Assembly (NCBI RefSeq): GCF_006345805.1
Contig: NC_043001.1
Coordinates: forward strand, 125,674,001-125,738,000
Source: Octopus sinensis
Taxonomy: Eukaryota
Reading direction: 5' to 3'
Length of the DNA stretch: 64,000 nucleotides
Position numbers and translations under genes: made by a program. Of the stretch, positions 12,891 to 23,182 are shown piece after piece; within the stretch, counting starts at the first letter, position 1; every line of letters begins with the position of its first letter. The notes under the pieces were generated by a model. The model was not told the origin of the DNA and ran no database searches. It saw only the letters and a list, made by a program, of their open reading frames with translations.

Positions 12891-13104
12891 TTATGGTGTA
12901 ATTATTTATTTTTAGAATGACATTGTAGGGTAGGTGTGAAAGATCAGGTCTAGTCAATTTTGAGATAAAACAGACTGGATTTTGGCTGGTTTGAATGCTA
13001 AAGAGATAATCCTCAAACTAGAGACCTAGTGAAAGATTTTAGTTTAGATTATTTCAAACAGGAATTTTGTGTCATAGTATCAGGGGCAATCTTAGGTAAG
13101 TTGT

Positions 13105-13570
13105 TATCTTCTTCTTTCTTTATGCCTTTGACCCTCCAACGTGGAGTGTAGGCCGCTTAAAGTTGAATTCCATGTTACATAATTTTTGGCTTCTGTACTT
13201 ATATTCTGCCATGAATGTTCCCCTTTCTCTAGTTCATCTCTGCCACGAGTTCTTAGGCCTACCTCTCTTTCTATATCCAACCGGTTTCCACTTTAAAGCA
13301 CTTTTCGCTACATTTGGTGTGTCTTTTTCTAATTGTGCTACCAATCCACTTCCACTTTTATTAAATATTTGCTCCCTAATCGAAACTTGATTTGTTCTTT
13401 GCCATAGCTCCATATAGCTTATGTGTTCGGGCCATCTAATTTTAAGTATACTACGCAAGCATCTGTTGATGAATGATTGTATTTGCTTATTTGACTTAAC
13501 TGTTGTTCGCCATGTCTCAGCCCCTTACAATAACACCGCTTTTACGTTAGTGTTAAAAATTCTTATTTTT
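13105..13570 (-). mobile_element. Second RTE-type LINE 3' fragment (different family)
   Basis: ILKIRWPEHISYMELWQRT...ALKWKPVGYRKRGRPKNSW is a typical RTE C-terminus. Confidence 0.8.
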
Positions 13571-14047
13571 ATCATAGTTGTTATCATAGTGGTTAATAAC
13601 ATGGCTCCTCCAAAATATAGCAATACTGGTTTCAACAAAGGCCTCCAGATCAGAATTTTTGCAAAACAACTTCAAAAACGTATTGCTTATGGCCACTTTA
13701 ATGTGACTGTCCTTTAAGATACTGCCATTTAACCCCAGGAGACATCTCCTCCAGTTGGTTTATTCAGTGCACTTCTTGCACCTGATATTTATTACAAGCA
13801 AGAGATAACTGTTGCCAGCCTATCTTCAAGACCACCAGACCATATGGGTTCTATTTGTGCTGGATCTCCTCAGTGGTGGGTGCTCATGGCCATAGTAGAA
13901 AATATTTTCCTTGTGATCAATATGGTGGAATAAAACATAAAACACCGCAGTTGCCTGCAAAGCAAACTAATTAACAACACCAACATGCTAATCAACTGTC
14001 CAGTCAAGCCCCAAAAGTTTGGTCTTGTATTAGAAATTATTATTACT

Positions 14048-14082
<35 letters not shown>

Positions 14083-14427
14083 AATCATCATCATCATCAT
14101 CCTCAGCATCATTGTTATCATCATCATCATTGTCACCATCATCAGCAGCAACAGCAGGTATAGTAGTAGTAGTGGTGGTGGTGGTGGTGGTGGTGGTGGT
14201 ATGGTGGTGGTGGTGGCAGCAGCCAGGCAAAATGCTTAGCGGTATTTCATCTGTCGTTATGTTGTGAGTTCAAATTCCGCCGAGGCTAACTTTGCCTTTC
14301 ATCCTTTCGGGGTCAATAAATTAAGTACCAGTTACGCACTGGGGTCGATGTAATCGATTTAATACCTAAGTCTGTCCTTGTTTGTCCCCTCTATGTTTAG
14401 CCCCTTGTGGGTAATAAAGAAATAGGT

Positions 14428-15160
14428 AGTGGTGGTAGTGGTGGTGTTGGTGGTGGGGAGGGTCAGTGGTGCCGGTAGTGTTGGTGGTTTTGGTGGTGGT
14501 GGTGATGGCAGTGGTGCTCATGGTGGGGAGGGTCAGTGATGCCGGTAGTGTTAGTGGTGGCGGTGGCGGCAGTAGTGCTGGTAGTGGTGGCAGTGGTGGT
14601 GGTGGTGGTGGGGAGGGTCAATGGTGCCGGTAGTGTTGGATGGTTTTGGTGGTTGTGGTGGTGGTGGTGGTGGTGGTAATGGTGGCAGTGGTGCTGGTGG
14701 TGCTGGTGGTGGGGAGGGTCAGTGGTGCCGGTAGTGTTAGTGGTGGCGGTGGCGGCAGTAGTGCTGGTAGTGGTGGCAGTGGTGGTGGTGGTGGTGGGGA
14801 GGGTCAATGGTGCCGGTAGTGTTGGATGGTTTTGGTGGTTGTGGTGGTGGTGGTGGTGGTGGTGGTGGTAATGGTGGCAGTGGTGCTGGTGGTGCTGGTG
14901 GTGGGGAGGGTCAGTGGTGCCGGTAGTGTTCGTGGTTTTGGTGGTGGTGGTGGTGGTGTTGGCAGTGGTGCTGGTGGTGGGGAGGGTCAGTGGTGCCGGT
15001 AGCGTTGGTGGTTTTGGTGGTGGTGGTGGTGGTGGTGGTGGTGGTGGTGGTGGTGGTGTTGGCAGTGGTGCTGGTGGTGGGGAGGGTCAGTGGTGCCGGT
15101 AGTGTTGGTGGTTGTGGTGGTGGTGGTGATGGCAGCGGTGGCACTGGTGGTGGTGACAAC
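14428..15160. repeat. G-rich compound minisatellite: ggggagggtcagtggtgccggtagtg anchors separated by variable (GGT)n
   Basis: About eight anchor motifs are visible with irregular spacing. Confidence 0.88.
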
Positions 15161-15700
15161 GGAATACCAATATATCAAAGTAAAGTAGGTAGATGCACAT
15201 AACTGAAGGAGAAGGTTAAATAAATAGAAATAAACAAGCATTATTTATTTCTAGAACAGACTTTCCACTCATGATTTTGAAATTTAATTCACAATCCACG
15301 AACCATGAAACAGTAATGGCTGATGGCTCTTTCTTCTAATACATGATTTACATGATCAGGTTAGCTTCTGATTTCAATGTGTGTGTGTGTGTCTGTTTGA
15401 GGGAATATGCTTATAGCATGTTTTGTATGTAGTGGGCGTGAGAGAGGAGGAAGAGGAGGAGGAGGAGGAGGAGGAGGGGGAGGAGGAATAAAAAAAAAGA
15501 GAAGAAATAGTTTGATAGAGGAAAGAAGAGGAACTAAGCAAGAGAAGTGTGGAGAGCTGAGTAAGGAAAAGAGAGTGGATGATATATCATCATCATCATC
15601 ATCATCATCCTCAGCATCATTGTAATCACCAATATCATTGTCACCATCAGCAGCAGCAACAGCAGGTATAGTAGTAGTAGTAGTAGTGGTGGTGGTGGTG

Positions 15701-15743
<43 letters not shown>

Positions 15744-15765
15744 GAGAGGAGGAGGAGTAGTAGTA

Positions 15766-15805
<40 letters not shown>

Positions 15806-16059
15806 AGGTGGTGGTGGTGGTGGCGGTTGCAGTGGTAGCAGTTAGTGCTAGCATTGATAATTGGTGATGTGTTGAGTTAGTATGAGGTGCTTGTGATGGC
15901 GAAGGTGACAGTGGAGATATATTAAAGATATGATGATGATGATGATGATGATGTTGATATGGCGATGATGGTGTGGTGATGGTGATGATAGTGGCAGCAG
16001 AAATACTGGGATGCAGTATGTGTATGTGTGTGAGAGAGAAATATAGAAATGTGTGTATA

Positions 16060-16466
16060 TGTGTGGTAAGTAGCTTGCTAACCAACCATATGGTTCCGGG
16101 TTCAGTCCCACTGCGTGACATCTTGGGCAAGTGTCTTCTGCTATAGCCCCGGGCCGACCAATGCCTTGTGAGTGGATTTGGTAGATAGAAACTGAAAGAA
16201 GCCTGTCGTATATATGTATATATATATATATATATGTGTGTGTGTATGGGTGTGTGTTTGTGTGTGTGTGTTTGTCCCCCTAGCATTGCTTGACAACCAA
16301 TGCCGGTGTGTTTACGTCCCCATCACTTAGTGGTTCAGCAAAGGAGACCGATAGAATAAGTACTGGGCTTACAAAGAATAAGTCCCGGGGTCGATTTGCT
16401 CGACTAAAGGCAGTGCTCCAGCATGGTCACAGTCAAATGACTGAAACAAGTAAAAGAGTAAAAGAG

Positions 16467-16468
<2 letters not shown>
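16060..16468 (+). mobile_element. tRNA-derived SINE family B
   Basis: gtggtaagtagc A-box region and gggttcagtccc B box. CORE-like gcaccttgggcaagtgtc segment; (GAGTAAAA)n tail. Confidence 0.85.
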
Positions 16469-16506
<38 letters not shown>

Positions 16507-16669
16507 GTATATTGGCAGGGCTGGCCTGCTAGGTAGCCGGCCAGAATGCTAGAAAAAGATCATCAACGATCAAACTACAAGGGAAATTCTCTAGAGGAAA
16601 AATTCAGCGAACACCAGAACCAAATTTGGCGGGCAGGACATATGAAAAATTAAATAAAAAACAGACTTA

Positions 16670-16745
16670 AATGCATACCTCAGTTTCGGTCTTAACAAAA
16701 GAATTACTTGCATAATTCAAGTGTCCGTGACTTCTTCAGTACATT
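16670..16745 (-). ncRNA. Predicted type I hammerhead ribozyme (inverted copy)
   Basis: Same fold on the minus strand; the stem III variant is GAAAC-UGAG-GUA. Confidence 0.58.
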
Positions 16746-17468
16746 CGGTCCTCGAGATGCAAACCGCAAGACTAACCCCAGCTCTCTGTGTCAAGACAGA
16801 CACGTGCTTAGTTTTACTGATTACATCGGGAATAAAATTTCAAATGTCTTGGCTCTGGCGCGCTAAGAGACTCCTGAAGCGAAGGGCTGCAGTGAATAAT
16901 TCACTGCGGGTAATGCTTACAAACTAGGAAACGTAATTTATTTAAATATTTAAAAATTGAGGGAGATAAATTAATATTAATTTTAATATCAATTTAAAAC
17001 CAGTAGTCCAGCATTCAAAAAATCTGAGGAGTCAGAGAAAATTTGGTTCTGGTGTTCGCTGAATTTTTCCTCTAGAGAATTTCCCTTGTAGTTTGATCGT
17101 TGATGATCTTTTTCTAGCATTCTGGCCGGCTACCTAGCAGGCCAGCCCTGCCAATATACACATATATTTGAATTTTCTCTGACTCCTCAGATTTTTTGAA
17201 TGCTGGACTACTGGTTTTAAATTGATATTAAAATTAATATTAATTTATCTCCCTCAATTTTTAAATATTTAAATAAATTACGTTCCCTAGTTTGTAAGCA
17301 TTACCCGCAGTGAATTATTCACTGCAGCCCTTCGCTTCAGGAGTCTCTTAGTGCGCCAGAGCCAAGACATTTGAAATTTTATTCCCGATGTAATCAGTAA
17401 AACTAAGCACGTGTCTGTCTTGACACAGAGAGCTGGGGTTAGTCTTGCGGTTTGCATCTCGAGGACCG

Positions 17469-17543
17469 AATGTACTGAAGAAGTCACGGACACTTGAATT
17501 ATGCAAGTAATTCTTTTGTTAAGACCGAAACCGAGTATGCATT
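17469..17543 (+). ncRNA. Predicted type I hammerhead ribozyme
   Basis: Stem I AAUGUA/UGCAUU; core CUGAAGA; stem II AGUC...GACC (A.C at the first pair); GAAAC-CGA-GUA. Predicted cleavage after 17537. Folded by eye. Confidence 0.6.
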
Positions 17544-17812
17544 TAAGTCTGTTTTTTATTTAATTTTTCATATGTCCTGCCCGCCAAATTTGGTTCTGGT
17601 GTTCGCTGAATTTTTCCTCTAGAGAATTTCCCTTGTAGTTTGATCGTTGATGATCTTTTTCTAGCATTCTGGCCGGCTACCTAGCAGGCCAGCCCTGCCA
17701 ATATACACATATATTTGAATTTTCTCTGACTCCTCAGATATTTTGAATGCTGGACTACTGGTTTTAAATTGATATTAAAATTAATATTAATTTACCTCCC
17801 TCAATTTTTAAA

Positions 17813-19245
17813 TATATATATATTATATATATTATATATATATATATATTATATATATATTATATATATCATCATATATATTATATATATATTATATATT
17901 ATATATATATATTATATATATTATATATATATTATATATATTATGTATATATACGAATGCATGTAAATATCCTTGTAGGTATATGTAAAGATATATATAT
18001 ATATATATGTATTTGTACAAATATAAATATGTAAGATATATATATATAAATATATTATTATTATATTATAATAAAATATATATATTTAAGTATTTAAGCT
18101 AAGTATTTATTTATATTTAAGATCTTTAAATTTTAAATTTTAATATTTTATAATTCTTATGGTATAATATTATTGTTTTTTTATGTAAATATCGTTGTTT
18201 ATCTAATTATCGTAATTTTCTATATAATTATTAGATATTAACTTTAAGTTTATTCGTAAGAATTTACTTAGCAATAGATATGTTGTTTGAAAGCAAGTAT
18301 ACGAGTTGTTTTAAGTTAGATTCATGTATATACATGTATTAATAGCATTAATTGTAGTTTTAAATTTCTTATAATTATTATTTTAACTTATATATTGTCT
18401 TTTTAAATTGTTATTTGCTAGTTATATTATTCCCATTGATAAATATATTTATAGTATTTATTTGATACTATATAACTACGAATTGATTATTTCTTTAAGT
18501 ATTTTAAAGATAAGAATTTTGAAAGTTATTATTTAGCCAATGAGATATAAAGATAGTTAATTTGTTATAGCGTTCATTTAAGATTGTTTATTTGTATTTT
18601 TGAAATTAGCTATTTCATCTTTAAATATGAAAAATTAATTTATTAGGTCTTTATTATATGTGCATATATATTTATTTATAGAGATTATTTTAGATCTTAA
18701 TTATAATATTTATATACATTCATATATTTTCATTGATAATTCATATATTATTTAAATTTTATATTTTAATAATATGAATAGTCATTTTTCTGTAAAATAT
18801 TTATGTAATTAGATATTGACTATTACTGATATTAGATTATTGGTGGGTTTCTTACCTTAAAAATTAATACTTAAAAATTAAAATTAATATTTAACATTAT
18901 AATCGTTGTTTTGACATAATCATAATCGTTAAGTTTCTAGTTTGATAATAGAGTTTTTTATAAGAAAATTTATTATATCATTTATTTCTTAAAAAATATT
19001 GTTTAAATATTTCTGATTATTTATTAAAATATTACAATTAACCTGAAGATTGACTGTAACCATAATTCGAATTATTAATTGAATTTAAATTATTATTATT
19101 GTTATTCGAATTGGTTACGGCATGAAATGATCGTAGTGCTTTTACTCTTTATCTTATATTAAACTTTTAATACTTTTTGATAGTTTAAAATTTTTTTAAA
19201 AAAAGTAAAAATAAATAAATAAATAAATAATAAATAAATAAATAT
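17813..19245. other. Extremely AT-rich, non-periodic block of unknown origin
   Basis: Roughly 85-90% AT by eye after an initial (TA)n tract. No ORF and no match elsewhere in the window. Confidence 0.6.
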
Positions 19246-19249
19246 AATA

Positions 19250-19656
19250 GGCGCAGGAGTGGCTGTGTGGTAAGTAGCTTGTTTACCAGCCACATGGTTC
19301 CGGGTTCAGTCCCACTGCGTGGCACCTTGGGCAAGTGTCTTCTACTATAGCCTCGGGCCAACCAAAGCCTTGTGAGTGGATTTGGTAGACAGAAACTGAA
19401 AGAAGCCCGTCGTATATATGTATATATATATTTATATATATATGTTTGTGTGTCTGTGTTTGTCCCCCCTAGCATTGCTTGACAACCAATGCTGGTGTGT
19501 TTATGTCACCGTTACTTAGCGGTTCAGCAAAAGAGACTGATAGAATAAGTACTGGGCTTACAAAGAATAAGTCTCAGGGTTGAGTTGCTCGATTAAAGGC
19601 GGTGCTCCAGCATGGCCGCAGTCAAATGACTGAAACAAGTAAAGGAGTAAAAGAGT
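19250..19656 (+). mobile_element. Full-length tRNA-derived SINE family B
   Basis: Starts ggcgcaggagtggctgtgtggtaag and ends with the gagtaaaagagt tail. Confidence 0.88.
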
Positions 19657-19660
19657 AATA

Positions 19661-20545
19661 TAAGAAGATTTTCTCCCTTCTTTTTCATACATACATACAT
19701 TTGTCTACCGTTTAAATGTTTTGAACTTATAACCACCAATCTGCTTTGCTTTCCTTTTCTTTCTATATGCCACCCTAAAAACATCGCCATTCCCGCCCGT
19801 TTCTCTAAAGTTCAACCTTCGCATATTCCCGTGCTCCACCATTCACTATCATTTCTTCTCTCCGACTTAAAGCGATGTCCATAAGCAAGCTAAGAAGATT
19901 TTCTCCCTTCTTTTTCATACATACATTTGTCTACCGTTTAAATGTTTTGAACTTATAACCACCAATCTGCTTTGCTTTCCTTTTCTTTCTATATGCCACC
20001 CTAAAAACATCGCCATTCCCACCCGTTTCTCTAAAGTTCAACCTTCGCATATTCCCGGTGCACCCGCCCACCACCAATACCGGATATCTCTATATTTTTG
20101 CTCCATCTATACCGGATGTCGCTTCTCCCACCACCATTATAGGTGTCTGCTCTTCGAACCCCCCTCTTCAACACGCTATTTCACCATGCATTACCCCTCT
20201 CTTGATATCCTACGTTCTAATTGCCTAGAACCTGTCATCATTTCTCTGAACCACCCCTCCCCACTGGTGCTCCCCTATATATTTCTGCACCCCCCCCACA
20301 TAAAAAAAGCACCATCCGAACGTGGCCGATGCCAGACCCCTCTGGCACCTGTGCAGGTGGCACGTAAAAAGCACCCACTACACTCGCGGAGTGGTTGGCG
20401 TTAGGAAGGGCATCTAGCTGTAGAAACACTGCCAGACTAGACTGGAGTCTGGGGCAGTCCCTAGCTCCCCAGACCCCGGTCGAAACCGTCCAACCTGTGC
20501 TAGCGCGGAAAACGAACGTTAAACGATGATGATGATGATGATGAT
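19661..20545 (+). mobile_element. Composite non-autonomous retroelement: 230-bp tandem module + C-rich core + RTE 3' UTR + (GAT)n
   Basis: Core and tail (from ggtgcacccg, ~20057) match 39014-39512. The module starts at 19661 and 19891. Confidence 0.7.
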
Positions 20546-20547
20546 GA

Positions 20548-20826
20548 ATACAAAAATGGAACAAGAATGCAAAACATCCAGACAGTTAGGGGATACAAAA
20601 CAAGGACAACAAAATATCCAGACAGACGTTACAAGGAAAACAAGGATGGGTAGTTCGGAGTTTTCTATCCTCAGTCGAGTTCCAGATTATCTTTGCAATT
20701 TCGGCTGGTTTTACTTGAGATTCCTCCAATCTGGCCAGCCCCAAGGAAAAAATAAGCTAAGAGCATTAGATTCCTTGGAAGAAAGCAGTGAATGCATATG
20801 AAAAAAGGACGGAAAAAAAACAGAGA

Positions 20827-20830
<4 letters not shown>
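20548..20830. mobile_element. Dispersed repeat, probably Penelope-like (same family as 62385-62845)
   Basis: Shares cctcagtc...caatttcggctg...ctggccagc.ccaaggaaaaa with 62480-62610. Confidence 0.5.
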
Positions 20831-20869
<39 letters not shown>

Positions 20870-20879
20870 ATATATATAG

Positions 20880-21085
20880 TAAATCCAAAAGAATGAAGAA
20901 CAAACACAAAAAAAGCAACAACCTGAGGATGTGGTACATGTAAAGTATTAGTAGATGCTCAGGGAAGGAAGGAAAGATGGTTCGACATTTCGAGCAAACA
21001 CTCTTCTTCAGAAACAGAGGAAAGTCCAATAGAAAAGGAAGGCAGACGAAAAAAAATTGCCAACGATTCACGTGGTTACATTTTG
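20880..21085 (-). mobile_element. Penelope-like pLTR remnant with hammerhead fold (related to 33555-33725 and 34210-34412)
   Basis: Hammerhead fold at 20980-21015 on the minus strand. Shares gatgctcagg(g)aagg...cacgtggt(c/t)acatttt with the 33.6-34.4 kb copies. Confidence 0.6.
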
Positions 21086-21484
21086 AAATAACCAGAAGGG
21101 AATGGGTGAAGAAAAAGTTCTTTCTCAGACAGGAGAGTGTAAGAGAAGGAGGTAAGTGTGTGTATGTGTGGGTGTGTGCATGTGCACAATTCTGTGTGTG
21201 TGTGTGTAATAGCATGTGTGTGTGTGTAATAGCACTCTGTATGTGTGTATGTACATGTGCGTGTGTTTATGTATGTGTACATGTGTGTGTGCGCATGTAT
21301 GTGTGTGTTGTGTGTGCATGTATGTGCGTGTTGTGTGTGGGAAGTATATGTGAAGTATATAAGCATTCATGTGTGTGCACATGTGTGTATGTGTGCATGT
21401 GTGTGTATGTATGCATGTGTGTGTATGAGCATGTGTGTATGCTAGTGTGCGTGAGGTTGTGTGTGTGGAGGCATATATGCATTC

Positions 21485-21518
<34 letters not shown>

Positions 21519-22213
21519 ATGTATGCATGTGTATGTGCATGTGTGTATGTGTGTGCATGTATGTGTGTGTATGTATGTGCAGGCATGTATTTTGTGTGTA
21601 TGTGTGTAGTGTGTGTGTGAGAGGTATATGTGCGTTCAAGTATGTGTACATGTGCATGTATTTGTGCATGTGTGTGTATATGTATTTGTGTGTATGTATG
21701 TGTGCGTTTATGCAGAAATAAAATAAAATGTAATAAAATAAGATCAATAAAAAATGGGGGGGTGAAATGGGGGAAGAGTACAAGAGGTAAAAATTTAAAA
21801 ACGAATAAAAATTACAAAAAATAATAAATAGATACAAGATAAAAAATAAAAAATAAAATAATTAAAATTAAAGGGATAAAAAAGAAATTAATGCAATTAA
21901 AAAGTTAAACAATTTGACAGAAAGAAAACGATAAAAATTCGAAAAAAAGGGTAACTGTAAAAAAGTAAGTGGGTATAAGAAAGGATGAGATAAGATAAAA
22001 TAAAATAAAAGTTGCTTTTTTTTTAAAGAGGGTGTAGAGACAGTCATTAAGAGGAGGGGGTTGTGTTGAGTCTCAAATGAATTTTTGCTTGTAGACTGAA
22101 AATGTAACGCTGTCCAAGGCAGAGTTGCAAGAGTGCGGATCCGTGGTGTAGGGTGAGGCCAAAACAGAGATATTAGAGGTGGTGATACATATATATTATA
22201 TATACATTATATA

Positions 22214-22619
22214 GGCACAGGAGTGGCTCTGTGGTAAGTAGCTTGCTTACCAACCACATGGCTCCGGGTTCAGTCCCACTGCGTGGCACCTTGAGCAAAT
22301 GTCTTCTTCTATAGCCTCGGGCCGACCAAAACTTTGTGAGTGGATTTGGTAGACGGAAATTGAAAGAAGCCCGTCGTATATGTATGTGTGTGTGTGTGTG
22401 TATGTGTGTTTGTGTGTCTGTGTTTGTCCCCCTAGCATTGCTTGACAACCGATGCTGGTATGTTTATGTCCCCGTCACTTAGCGGTTCAGCAAAAGTGAC
22501 CGATAGAATAAGTACTGGGCTTACAAAGAATAAGTCCCGGGATCGAGTTGCTCGACTAAAGGCGGTGCTCCAGCATGGCCACAGTCAAATGACTGAAACA
22601 AGTAAAAGAGTAAAGAGTA
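22214..22619 (+). mobile_element. tRNA-derived SINE family B
   Basis: Same head, body and tail as 19250-19656. Confidence 0.88.
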
Positions 22620-22637
22620 TATATATATATATGTATA

Positions 22638-23147
22638 TCTATATATATAAAACTGTAGTTGTGTGAGTATCTGTCCCCTTCGATTTAGATTCCTAACTAC
22701 TCCCACATTTTGCGGTGCAGTTTAACCAAATTCAGGTATCTTATAGTCGTGATTCATATCGAGCCCGTCTGAGTATTAGCGCGCATCTATGATGAGTCTA
22801 CGATTTTAAAAATAATTTAACATCATTTTTTATTGCATTTTAATGCATAATTTTTTGTGTGTCGATGGTGGCGGAGTTGGCGTCCATGGTCACACCTGCA
22901 CCTGTTTGCTTCTCCCCCTTCTTCCCTCCCTCGTGAAGCTGTGGGGAAGGGAGTGTAAGGAAATCAACGTCGTAAAGTGTTGTCAAGGAGACCAGCGTTC
23001 TTTTAGAACGACATCATGGCTTGAAGACACCAAAACAGAAATGGCTAAGAAAGCCCGAATTGGCATCTATAAGGGAAGTAACTCTCTAAAAATGCTTATA
23101 TAGTTATTTCCCTTACAAACCCGAGCAACGCCGGGCAATACTGCTAG
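22638..23147 (+). mobile_element. Non-autonomous Helitron (~510 bp)
   Basis: 5' A|TCTATATATATAAAA; 3' hairpin cccgagcaacgccggg followed by CTAG|T. Confidence 0.8.
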
Positions 23148-23182
23148 TAATATATATATGTGATATATATATAATATGTATA

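Larger units (their letters stand above)
16505..17812. mobile_element. Array of a ~547-bp hammerhead-containing unit: one inverted copy (16505-17042) plus 1.4 head-to-tail copies (17041-17812), set in (TA)n
   Basis: atttggttct recurs at 17041 and 17588 (period 547). 16505-17042 is the reverse complement, with only a handful of differences. No long ORF. Confidence 0.85.

Noticed and set aside
13590-13980. Degenerate zinc-knuckle-like reading (GHSRKYFPCDQYGGIKHK); related words at 3480-3960
   Set aside because: Probably an old LINE ORF1 remnant, but too decayed to assign or delimit.
16721-16927. 68-aa ORF and its inverted twin at 17287-17493
   Set aside because: Non-ATG start, no recognisable domain, and duplicated only because the unit is.
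16505-17042. Group I intron, rRNA fragment or Helitron-circle readings of the 547-bp unit
   Set aside because: P/Q/R/S-like words are in the wrong order, there are no rRNA universal motifs, and the hairpin-CTAG is followed by G rather than T or TC.
20766-21837. His/Thr and Cys/Val ORFs here and at 6.4, 25.4, 52.8, 56.2 and 61 kb
   Set aside because: (CA)n, (TA)n and (GATA)n microsatellite artefacts.
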